A stretch of DNA of 64,000 nucleotides from Felis catus (lineage: Eukaryota), in contig NC_058368.1 in the NCBI RefSeq assembly GCF_018350175.1, positions 151,406,001 through 151,470,000 of the forward strand. The letters are read 5' to 3'. A program made the position numbers and the translations under genes. A model generated the notes under the pieces. The model was not told the DNA's origin, ran no database searches, and saw only the letters and a program-made list of their open reading frames with translations. Shown piece after piece: positions 25,506 to 36,520 of this stretch (position 1 is the first letter of the stretch; every line of letters starts with the position of its first letter).

Positions 25506-27733
25506 TTAAAACATATTTTAAGACAGCAAGATCTTTTGACTGTGATTTCGTATAAAGTTAGCCTGGAGTGACAGACGTGACCTTAGGGGCTCAACTGTTA
25601 CAGCCCCCATCAGTACACTGGAATTGTTTGGAGTTTCTAGGAGAACGTGTGAGAACCTTAGGAGACAAGATCTCAAAGCACATGTGTGAGCTCTACTGTG
25701 AATCATTAAAATTTCACTATTTCACCTTTTTGTTATCACTTTTTTAGCTTGATCATCAAGAATAATTTGTCCTCCCAAATTAATTATTGAAGTTTATTTT
25801 AAAAATCTGTATATCTCCCTTTTCATAGAGTCTCCAAAGAAAGCTATAAAAGAAAAATTACAAAAAGCTTAAATTTTCTTGAATTGTTTGCACCTGAGTG
25901 ATGTAACTTAGTCATTTAGGTTTTCAGAAGGATTCATGGCTTGTCTTTTTTCCCTTCTCATAAAACTTTCAATGTGACATTTGCCTCTGAAAAGACATTG
26001 AACTAACAGTTTTAAGTTGATCAGTATGTGCATAGCTGCTTCTAATTCATTTGGCTTTAAAATCATGGCATATAAAATGACACTTTTACAATTGATACAG
26101 AAGAGACAAATGTTTTCAAACTCAAACTTTTCTGAGCTGCTTGGACCAAAATGTACTGTTCATTTTTATTGATTATAGAGTAGGTGTGAAGAATAAGGAA
26201 CTGTAGTTTTTCAGCAAGTTTTCTTTTTCTTTCCTAGAAAATTTTCCTATGACACAAATCATCTAAAAACAAAATTTGAGGTAAAATGAAAGAAGAAAAG
26301 AATTAATTTGCATTAAGCCACATCTGGGCACAGTTGTGTGTTACAGTTGTAGGGACACAGCTCTTGTAAAATATATTCATCTTGGCCAGTTACTCAATAT
26401 TTTTATTGCATCTGTATTCATATTTGTTTACACAAATGAAGAAATAATCTATCTCTTCTAAAAAACAGTTCTTTATAGCAAAATATTATAATACTATTGT
26501 TCAATTTTGGTAAAACAGAATTTTGCTATGTGGCTGTTTGTTTCAGTTATGTGTCTAATTTATAAATTTCTCTGAAATATTTATGTTGCTTAATGAATAG
26601 ATCACAAAAAAGGTTTACTAAAACATTTTCCACTGATTTTAACTTATTTCAGATTTTGTTTTGGATTATCTACAGTTACAAATTCATTTGTAAGTTTTAT
26701 AAAACAATGTAATAATGGCATTTAATTTAATTCAGAGTTCATCTAGGCTTATTCTATAATATGTGAAGGAAAAAGCACATTGACATGACAATTACAACTT
26801 TTGCAGAAGATTTTTAGGATCTAAGAAGAAATCCTAAGGCTTTATAGGTATAGAAGATGAGAGTGATTAAGAAATTACCCTGGATCTGAGAAAACCAAAG
26901 AACTTTACTATAAAAATGACTGTTATGTATAACTTCAAAACTTAGTATAGCATTTAGAAGAGAGATGGCATATGAGGAAATCAATCTCAGTTTTGATCAC
27001 CATAGTAAAAAAAGCAGAATTACAAAGATATATAACTTTACAACAATCAGAAAAAAATAAGGGAACATTTCTTTCTTATGCATTCACAAACTTAGCCAGT
27101 TTTATATGACTCAAAATAAAAAATAAAAAGAAACAACAGCTCATGGTAATTTTAGTTTGCTGATCATAGTTTTAACTGTAGAGTGATGGAAGGGTGTGGG
27201 ACCCGGGGGTGTATAGCATCTTGTGGTTGCCTTTACCACAGTGAACGTTGGGGGCAGGGGTGGGGGAGAGCAGGACAGTCCATAGATCCTGGAAGCTAGC
27301 CAGTTGTGGCCATTAATTAACTTGAATGACTACGTTTCAGTTTCAGAATTTGTGAGGTACAAAGTGCTTCAAGCTTCTGAGAAGATGAAGACTTCAAGCT
27401 AACGTCTTCTGTAGTTTTCCAATCAGCTCTTCAAGTATTTGTATTTATAAGTATTTCAGCCCTATCTTTGAAAGGGGGATGTTTTCTAAAACTTGAAAAG
27501 TGGCTTGGTGTTAGTGAAACTGCAATATATCATAAAGACCAGAGTATGCATAGTTTAAGGTGACGGAAAAGAGAAATGAAAGAATTCAACATCTGACCCT
27601 AACCACATTGAGTCGTTATATAAAGCGAAATTAATTTACAGGTGACTTTGGAATACACTGGATTAAACAATGTCTCACAAATCTCTTCTGTAGGTAAATG
27701 AGGTAAAGCAAGTGATCATGGTGACTAATATTT

Positions 27734-27966
27734 CTTTATTTTTTTAAATGTTTATTTTTGATTTTTTTTTCCTTCAGCTCCCCCCTGGTCTTCTGTTAAG
27801 TTTCTCAGGATCCACATAAGAGTGAAAACATAGGGTATCTGTCTTTCTCTGTATGACTTATTTCACTTAGCATAACACTCTCCAGTTCCATCCACGTTAC
27901 TACAAAAGGCTATATTTCATTCTTTCTCATTGCCAAGTAGTATTCCATTGTGTATCTAAACCAAAG

Positions 27967-28005
<39 letters not shown>

Positions 28006-28192
28006 ATGTATGTATGTTTATTTTTGAGAGAGAGACAGAGGGGAGGGAGAGGCAGAGAGAAAGGGAAACAGGATCCAAATCAAGCTCTGTGCTTACAGTG
28101 CAGAGCCTGGTACAGGGCTCAAACTCAAGTACCGTGAGATCACGACCTGAGCCGAAGTCAGATGCTTGACTGACTGAGCCACCCAGGCACCC
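27734..28192 (-). mobile_element. Can-SINE interrupted by an L1 fragment
   Basis: TSD catggtgactaatattt 27717-27733 / catggtaactgatattt 28193-28209; SINE tail split by the insert. Confidence 0.9.
27762..28010. mobile_element. L1 3' fragment (antisense about 200 bp) plus sense (TAAA)n tail
   Basis: 27762-27965 is the reverse complement of the L1 segment seen at about 19340-19542; followed by (TAAA)n; flanked by a duplicated atgtttatttttga. Confidence 0.88.
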
Positions 28193-28334
28193 CATGGTAA
28201 CTGATATTTTTGTTCATCATTGACGGGAGGTTTCCTTGAGTTGAAAACAAAATTGTTTGACAGAAGAGGGTGATGGTCTTGCTTTAAGACAACAGAATTC
28301 AATGTGCTGCTACTGTTAAAAAATGTACACTGAA

Positions 28335-28534
28335 GGGTGCCTGGGTGGCTCAATTGGTTAAGTATCTGATTTCGGCTTAGGTCATGATCTCTTGGCTTGT
28401 GAGTTCAAGCCCCATTTCTGGCTCTGTGCTGACAGCTCAGAACCTGGAGCTTGTTTTGGATTCTGTGTCTCTCATTCTCTGCCTCTCTCTTGCTTATGCG
28501 TTGTCTCTGTCTCTCTCAAAAATAAACAAACATT
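28335..28534 (+). mobile_element. Can-SINE
   Basis: TSD aaaaaatgtaca(c/g)tgaa 28318-28334 / 28535-28551. Confidence 0.95.
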
Positions 28535-29102
28535 AAAAAATGTACAGTGAACTTCATACCTCAAATGGGATAAACTGCATGGTATTAGCTTTGTATGTAT
28601 TAGAGACTATGAGTGGAAATGGTCTTTTTATAGACAAGCTGACCAGAATATCAAGAGAATAATTCAAGAAATCTAAAACTGTTAGGCTATTGATTAATTG
28701 ATATGATTTGTGATATCTGAAATAAGTAAAACTGTCAAAGTCAAAGCCACTTTGGCTTCTTCTCCAACCGTAAAAGTCATCAAAACAAAATCATCCCAAG
28801 ACTTGATTACTACATGAGTGTATTCTAATGGTTATTGTTTTGTTTAATTGGCTTATTGTAATTAAAAGCTTGCCAAATAGCTCTTTTTGAAAGCATCTTG
28901 ACATTTTCCTTTACCCTTGGGTGATTTTACAGTGAATGCTCTTTGTGGATAGGTGCATATCTACAAATGACCATTCCTTAGCCTGGAGATCAATACTAAT
29001 GGGGAGAAAAAAGGTTCTATTTTTTTCTTTGTTTAGATGGACATTTTAAATTTCATTATGAGATGGCAAAATACTAGATTAATGTGAAATTTGTATCTTT
29101 AT

Positions 29103-29304
29103 TTTTTTTAATGTTTGGATTTATTTATTTTGAGAGAGAGTGGAGAGGGAGGGGCAGAGAGGGAGGGAGAGAGACTCCCAAGCAGGCTCCACTCTGTCAG
29201 CTCGATGCCCCAATGCGGGACTCAGTTTTGCAAACCCATGAGATCATGACCTGAGCTGAAACCAAGAGTCAGACACTTAACTGACAGAGCTACCCAGGAG
29301 CCTC
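29103..29304 (-). mobile_element. Can-SINE
   Basis: Reverse-strand SINE body; tttgtat(c/a)tttat on both flanks. Confidence 0.9.
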
Positions 29305-29589
29305 TTCAGTTTGTATATTTATAGAGAATGGAATCTCAGGACAAAATAAGGAAAAGTAGGGGAATATTTCAGGACCTCGAGGGTAATATTCAGCTTAGCA
29401 ATGGTGGGAGTTAGAGCTTGGTGGTGGTGGAGCTATACTTCGAAGGGCCATGTTCCAGGAAAGGTGGGGAAACGGAGTGAGAGAGCTGAAGAGGGTGAGA
29501 ATTCCTAACTGTAGTTTTCTTATGTACAAAAACATAATGGTTTTTAAAAAATGGATTTTATTTTCTATTTGTTCCATAAATTTTATATT

Positions 29590-30260
29590 AAACATTTACT
29601 GAATACCAAAAGATTCATAAGCACTATAATTCAAAGATGATTTAGACACATGTTGTGATTTTAAAGAACTCTTGAGAGTGAATAGTTATATGCAATTCAA
29701 TAAATATAATAGTAGGCATATGAACAAAGAAATAATTGATCAAATAAAGCAGTTGGAGGGAAGTGGATACATTTCAGACAACGGTCAAAATAGAAGAGTG
29801 TGTTATACATCTCCAGAAGGGGAAGGGAAGGGGTGAGGGGAGAGGCAATGGGAGAGAAGTCTGGGTAGATGTGAGTCTGAAAAGATATGAAAAGGCTGGA
29901 TTGTTAAGGGTGATGTTCTTCATTTCTGAGGAGATTCAGTGGGCCCTGTAGGTTATTGGAAACCATCAGAGAATTTTAACTTTTGAGTGACATGATCAGA
30001 ATTTTGTTTCAGAACAATCACTCCTGTAGCAGTGCAGAAGATGGGTGGAGACTGGTAATGGAATTCTGTTAGGAAGTTAGGAAAGATGATGAGGGTGTTT
30101 GCCAGACGAGATGGAGAGGAGCTGCAAAGAAATGAGAAATTAAGAGTGAAATTATGGTGATAGACACAAAGATAGTTAACTATAGCTTATAGCGTAAAGT
30201 TGAGAGTAGAGCTAAAAGAAGGTCTTAAGGTTTTTAGCGAGGGAATTTGATGGGTAATGG
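29590..30260 (-). mobile_element. L2 LINE fossil
   Basis: aaacatttactgaatacc end; gagtgacatgatcagaattttgtttcagaacaatcactc body motif. Confidence 0.6.
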
Positions 30261-31276
30261 TAACTAACTTTTTGTGTGTATAAACAGCAAACTTTCTTCA
30301 GATATGCATAGTCCTGTTTTCTCCAGCCAGGATTATATCTCAAAGGTAGTCTGGAGCAGTATATATCCTTGGGGAAATTTACTCTGATATTTGTTTTAAA
30401 GACAGTTGTTAAAAAAAAAATACAGGCAACTTATGGTAACTGCACTCTAGTTTATCAACTTTCTCCAGTCCCCAGATCAACTGTCTATATCTTGCTCTCT
30501 CAGTCTCTTATTTTCTCTCATTCTCTGAGAAATGCAACTACCTATACCTACCAATAATAGCCTACTTATAACTACCAATACCTACTAGCACTATGCCTTT
30601 TGTGTCAGGGGAAAATACATTTTCCTTGTTAAGGATTTAGATGCCTAATGTACCCTTAAGATGCTTTGGGGGAGAATAGAGCTGTGTAAACTGTATATTA
30701 TTCCATTACAAATTATGAGTCAACAGGGTAGAATGTATTCTACAATTTATGGCTTCCTGTGAACATTAGAACAAATATCTCAGGTCAGGGTTTGGTGGTG
30801 GAGTGTGGGAATTTTCCATGCCTTTTAGCATTGAAGTCAATGACTTTTAGTCCAAGTTATCAGTTCAAAATGAATGGGAGCCATTTGCTATTCATTTTGT
30901 GAAGTGTGGACAGTGGTTTGATAAATGAACAAAGCTTTGGATAATTTGAGCAAAATCCTTTTCTAGGTAACACCTTGTACGCTATAGAGACTAAAGAGAG
31001 TGATGTTTTAGATAAAGGAAAAATGTGCACGTGAAGCCTCTTGATGGAAAATTCTTTTGTGTACATTCTGGATCTAAATCTCTAATCATGATCAGTTCAG
31101 GGAAGGGAGGAAGGAATTGTAATAATGTGGGTCTAGGAGAGGGGGAAGGAAAAGAAAGAAAAGAAGGCCAGAATGAATGCCATAGGCAGCATAGCAATTA
31201 ATTTACTGATCATAGATTTTTACAGGAAAGCAAGATGTTCCAACCAAGCTATAAAGTCAACTTTATGGAAAGAAAT

Positions 31277-31278
<2 letters not shown>

Positions 31279-31322
<44 letters not shown>
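31279..31322. repeat. (CA)n microsatellite
   Basis: Read directly, about 22 units. Confidence 0.97.
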
Positions 31323-31324
<2 letters not shown>

Positions 31325-33291
31325 CCTCACTACTTTGACCTTAAAGTCACTAAGTATTAAAAGGGAAAATGTAAAAGAAAGCTGGAAAATCTTGAGTAAG
31401 ACTATTCTTTGCAAAGGAAATATTTTAAGCACTAAAAGAAAATATGTCCAAAGAATCATTATTCTAGGAAACACTGATAGGATGAATATATTTAGAGATT
31501 TTCATTAGAGGAACTCTAGGGCTATAAGTGTGTCCATAGAACTTTTATTTACAGAAATGAGATGAAATATGAATAGGCTTTTCTCAAGTCTCTTAAGTTC
31601 TGGATTTCAGACTTTATCTTGAAGCATAATAGGCTCCACTCAGACTTATTCCAGAAGAACATAAAAATAGAGTGTGAGATTTTACCCATAGTCAAAGGAA
31701 AGACGGGACTTGACCCATGACTTGGGGAAGGGGAAAAGAGTGCTTGCGTCCCTAATGTGGCAATAAAGGATTTGGCCAAGTTCAGCTTGTTGGCAGAACT
31801 ATGTTACCCTGTAGAGGATTTAAGTGCATTTGATGCAGCCATGACTCGGAGTAACCTTTTGGAGCAGGCATGCTGAAACATTTTGAAATACTCTGAATTT
31901 TCACTTGTTTACCTGTTTTTTAGATGCAATTTGAAAATCACATCACTAATTTTTTTAATACCCCCCTTTCAATTATATGGGTCATTCATTTAATACTCTC
32001 CCGTTCAATTATATTAGATCATGAAGTATAAATTTTTTAATATGTGACAAATATTTAAGAAAACCATACAGTATTTTTCAATTGTAAAGTGCTAATGTAG
32101 ATCAATGATCCTCATATCAGCAACATACATCAACCTGAGGGTTAAGTCGTATCCCTGTATCACTGTATATATTAAAGTCATTAGATGATCCTTCTTTTAA
32201 CTTCTGGGTGTCCTTCTTTACATTTCTCAAAACCAGAGAATTAGCATGACAATTATAGTTCTTTATATATTTATTCATTATGCCCATGTATTAAATTTAT
32301 GTATGGAATCAAATATAGAGCTAGCGATACTGTTGGCTGTGTATATGTGTGTGTGTGAGCTAGCCTCCAGGAACCAAGTTTGGGAAATTTTGCTTATAGT
32401 GGTTGTGGAGAGCAATATAAAATTGTCCATTATCCAGTTAGTTAAAGAAGGACTCAAGGATGCTATGAAAACAAGAGTCAGATAGATCTTTTGGGAATAG
32501 AATTAGAAGTTGCTACTGTTGCCTGAAGGCCCACCTGTTGGTGTTGCCTTTGTCAAAAGTTGCTTTTGAAAGCCATCGTAGAGACAAGTGGCAGCCATGA
32601 AAGAGGCATAATTACTGGGGATTTTGCACTGTGTCTGACCTTTGGGGGCATGAGAGAGACCACAAGGAGGGAGTCTGCTCCTCTTTCTTGAACCATAATG
32701 ACACCCTTAGGAGAGGTCCACTTAACATTTAGGTGATATGGTGACATCAGGAGAGGGAACAGTGGAAATGATGATAATAGTGGTGATTTTATTGCTCTTT
32801 CTGAGATGAAAGAATACAGATTTCAAGTCCAGATGTCTCTGGGTAAGAATCTAATTTCTTTGTAGCAACAGTGACTCTGCCCTTAAATTCCTGCCAGGGT
32901 AGTAAGCCTAGAAAAAAGAAGTTAATGTTTACATAAACCAATAATAAATTTAATAGGATGTAAGTCGAATTCATGGATTTTCCAAGATTAGAATGTGTAA
33001 ATGGAATTAATAATTTGAGTTCAAGCTAGTAGCAGTCATTGGTTTAGAGACTAAATTAGCCTTTAGGTTTAGTCATTCTGTTCTTGGCTCTTTAAGCCAA
33101 GGAAGCCTACCTGGACAAAAATCCTGCTGGTTAGTGAGAATAAACACTAATATAAATTACATTCCAGGTACCTCCACTTTCCGCAACTCATTCTGTGGTT
33201 CCCACTTTCTCATCACACTGACCTCTGAGTGCCTTACTTTTCTGGTCTCTGATGTCCTTGTTTAAAAAATGTTTTGATCTCCTTTTCTAGC

Positions 33292-33343
33292 ATTATTATT
33301 ATTATTATTATTGTTGTTGTTGTTGTTGTTGTTATTGTTATTA
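33292..33343. repeat. (ATT)n(GTT)n compound trinucleotide repeat
   Basis: Read directly. Confidence 0.95.
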
Positions 33344-34235
33344 ACCTTACTTTTCCCATGTGGCTTTTGGCTCTCTCTCCTTTTCTGATTTGGTTTGGAG
33401 CACAGCTTCTCAGAAGCTAACCCTGGTCCCTGGCCACCTAGTGAGCATCCAGATGGTTTGCCTTCAGCCCTAGTAGGAAAGGAGTTGGAAAATCATGCAA
33501 AATTTTGTTCAGCGTGGTATAAAGGCATCTCAGTGGTGGAAACTAAACACATAAAAACTTGACCATTTGTGAGAATCATTGTAAAAGGGCTCAATGATGT
33601 ATGTGATTAATTTGAAAATCTGGGAGATTACCATAGAGACTGTTCATTGTATTACATAATTGAAACAAGCTATAGGCAGACTGTGTTTAATTGTTAACTA
33701 ATGATATTGCACTGTATTGTTTTAATTCTAGGAGCCTGGTATGTGTTTAGGGTGTTTTGCTCAAGAAAAAAATATTAGAAGGGAATGAAATTAATACCTT
33801 CAGCTTCATGGCTTAGGAAGACGATGTCTTCTGGTAGGGACAGGAGAAAGTCTATGTATTGTAGTTGTTTAAACTCAAAAGTTAGATGTCTGATAACAGG
33901 GCATTGTGTCGAGACTTTTCTCAGTTCAGGTTCATGTTATCAAACTCTCTAAATTACACCAATATACAACTGATAAGGAACCTTAATGGACCTTTCATAT
34001 CTATATGGTAACTAGGACATACACCATGTATGGTTATGAGATTGTTACCTATAAGACTTCATTCTGATAACTTAACTTCCTGTCAAGTGATGTATTGCAG
34101 AAACTGCTTCCAGCTTCTCATCTCTTTTACTCCAAGATTTTCCATGTGAAATGTCATTTTGAAAAGATCCACAATTTTTAAACCTCTTGGGTTATTTTAA
34201 TGGAGTTTACATATCACTGTATTGGTTATTTACTT

Positions 34236-34434
34236 ATATGTGTGTGTATATATATATACATATATATAATAATCTTAATACATATATGTAATACATACAT
34301 ATATTGCACATGTATACATGTGTACACATATAGTACACATATAATATATACACATATATACATATTTATATAATACATATATATATACATACACACATAT
34401 ATATACGTGTGTGTGTGTGTGTGTGTGTGTGTAT
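34236..34434. repeat. Long (TA/CA/TG) purine-pyrimidine tract
   Basis: About 200 bp of largely alternating R/Y ending in (TG)n. Confidence 0.9.
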
Positions 34435-36055
34435 AAATCAGATTTAGCCAGCATTGGGGCTTTCCAGAAAAGTTATGATAGAGACTATAGGGGCTCGTTA
34501 CCTTTAGAACAAATAGCTAGTATATCTTGAATGTGGTTGTAGTACTGTTTTTCAAATGTATGCATAAACTCTTCTGTTTATAAACATACATTCTGTTAAA
34601 ACTTTTACTGAATTATAGTTTTCTTACCATTGAGCTGTCTTTTAATCAGTGGATGATGTAATATAAAAGTCTCTTATCTTGTGGGCAGAGATGCTTGAAC
34701 ATTTTTGACATTAAAATGGGGTTCCTGTAGTTGAAACATTTAGGAACAACTTCTGTACTGTTTAGAAACCCAAAAGGAACCAGTCTTTAATGTTGGAGAA
34801 ATTTATGAGCTATTTACATATAATAGATTGAGAAATCTGCTACTTTTTATTATGAAATGTCTATAAAGTATTTGTTTTCATAATGGTGTATATTATATGT
34901 CCCATGACCTCTGAAGTGAAGCTCAAATAATTCATTTCTCCAAAAAAAGTCTTTCAAAGTAAATACACAAATTAAGGGGAAAATGCAATTAAAATTTCAG
35001 CCTCCATTAGTTACTTTAGAAATCAATGTTGGCTAAGAACTGGTGTGTTATAAGGAGCTGCTGGTCTGCACATGCAAAGGAAAAATTATTATATTAAAAA
35101 TTACAGTTTCTAAAACATTTGTTTCTCATCTGGCATCAAATAAAGTTTAATTGCAAGTTGTTTTATGTCATTTTCTCTTGGGGATATGTTTTCAAAAAGA
35201 TACAGGAGGTTCATATGTACACACATCTCATTATTTCTCAGTAGGATTCATGTTTGTGCCACCTACTCATGATTGGAAGTGCATACTCTAATATCTCTGA
35301 TTTAGGCTCGTACTGGCCTTTTATAACAATATAATTCTTATTTTGCTACGTGGTTTTGTTGTCTCTTTCAAAATGAGATTCCAAATTGCCAAAAAAACAA
35401 ACCACCCAACCCGAAGCCCTTAATGACTCTTAACGGTTTCTTTGACATAAATTAAGTAAAATATTCTGTTCCCTTCAACAAAAAGGCACAACATTTTGGG
35501 TTTGGGTTCGAATTACATTTGGCCAGCAGCTGTTTATAAAATTGAGCAGCAGACAGTGCAATAAAAACAGATTATATGTGGATTCTATTTCTTTCTTGGA
35601 CAGCCTACCTTGTAAATATTTGCTTTTACCATCAGCATATGAGAGGAAAACATTAGCCACTCTCCACAATTTAGAAATGTCTTAAGAAATTGTAAAATAA
35701 TCATGCAGGGACCCCCACGAAATGCTCCTTTTGTTTTCTTTGGTTACTGTCATGAAAAAATATTTAAAAATTCATGACATTTGATGTTTAAGAGAATCTT
35801 GTTTAGACCCTTTCTTAATGTGCTGAGCAGAAGGCGAAATGAGCTCTGCTTTAGGGTCATGAGTCTGTAGGTCTCTGTTGAATTTATTTAATTGAGACTA
35901 TAACTTGAATAAGAAAAAAGAGTATCTGAACGTATGTATAATGCCATGATTCCTTTAAAAAAAAAAAAAAAGCAGAGGGGGTGGGTTTGAATTGTAGGCC
36001 AGGGCAGCAATACTGTATCATATTTCCTGGGATTTTCTGATTACAGTTAAAACAT

Positions 36056-36520
36056 GTCAGTGGCTTCCTGTTGCTCTTGGGGTTTCTTCCTTCACAGAAC
36101 TCACAAGGCTGAGATGATCTGACCCTTCCCAGCTCTCTTCACTCATTTCCCAGGGTACCCTGCCTGCTCTTTATCCTCCACCCTCTCAGTCTTCCTTTCT
36201 GTTCCTCCTTCTGCCAGAGCTGCCTCCCAATGTAGGACTAGTGTACAGGCTGTGTCCTCCACTTGGAAGGCCTTCTGTGCCTCCTCCTCCTCCTCCACCT
36301 AGCTTCCTCCTCCCTCTGTTAGGCCTTCTCCTACCTTGCTATCTTTGTTCCCCATCACCCTCTCTTCTCACCCATGCCGCTGTCTTTTGTGGCACTCACC
36401 AATATCCTGTACTGACCAATATCCTGTGAGTTCCTGAAGCTACGAACTCTGTTTTTACTCACCATGGTAATATGCCTGGCACATTGTAGGCACTCAAATA
36501 TTTGTGGCATGACTGAAAGA
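36056..36520 (+). mobile_element. L2 3' end
   Basis: cagtggcttcctgttgctctt ... tgcctggcacattgtaggcactcaaatatttgtggcatgactgaa. Confidence 0.7.
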
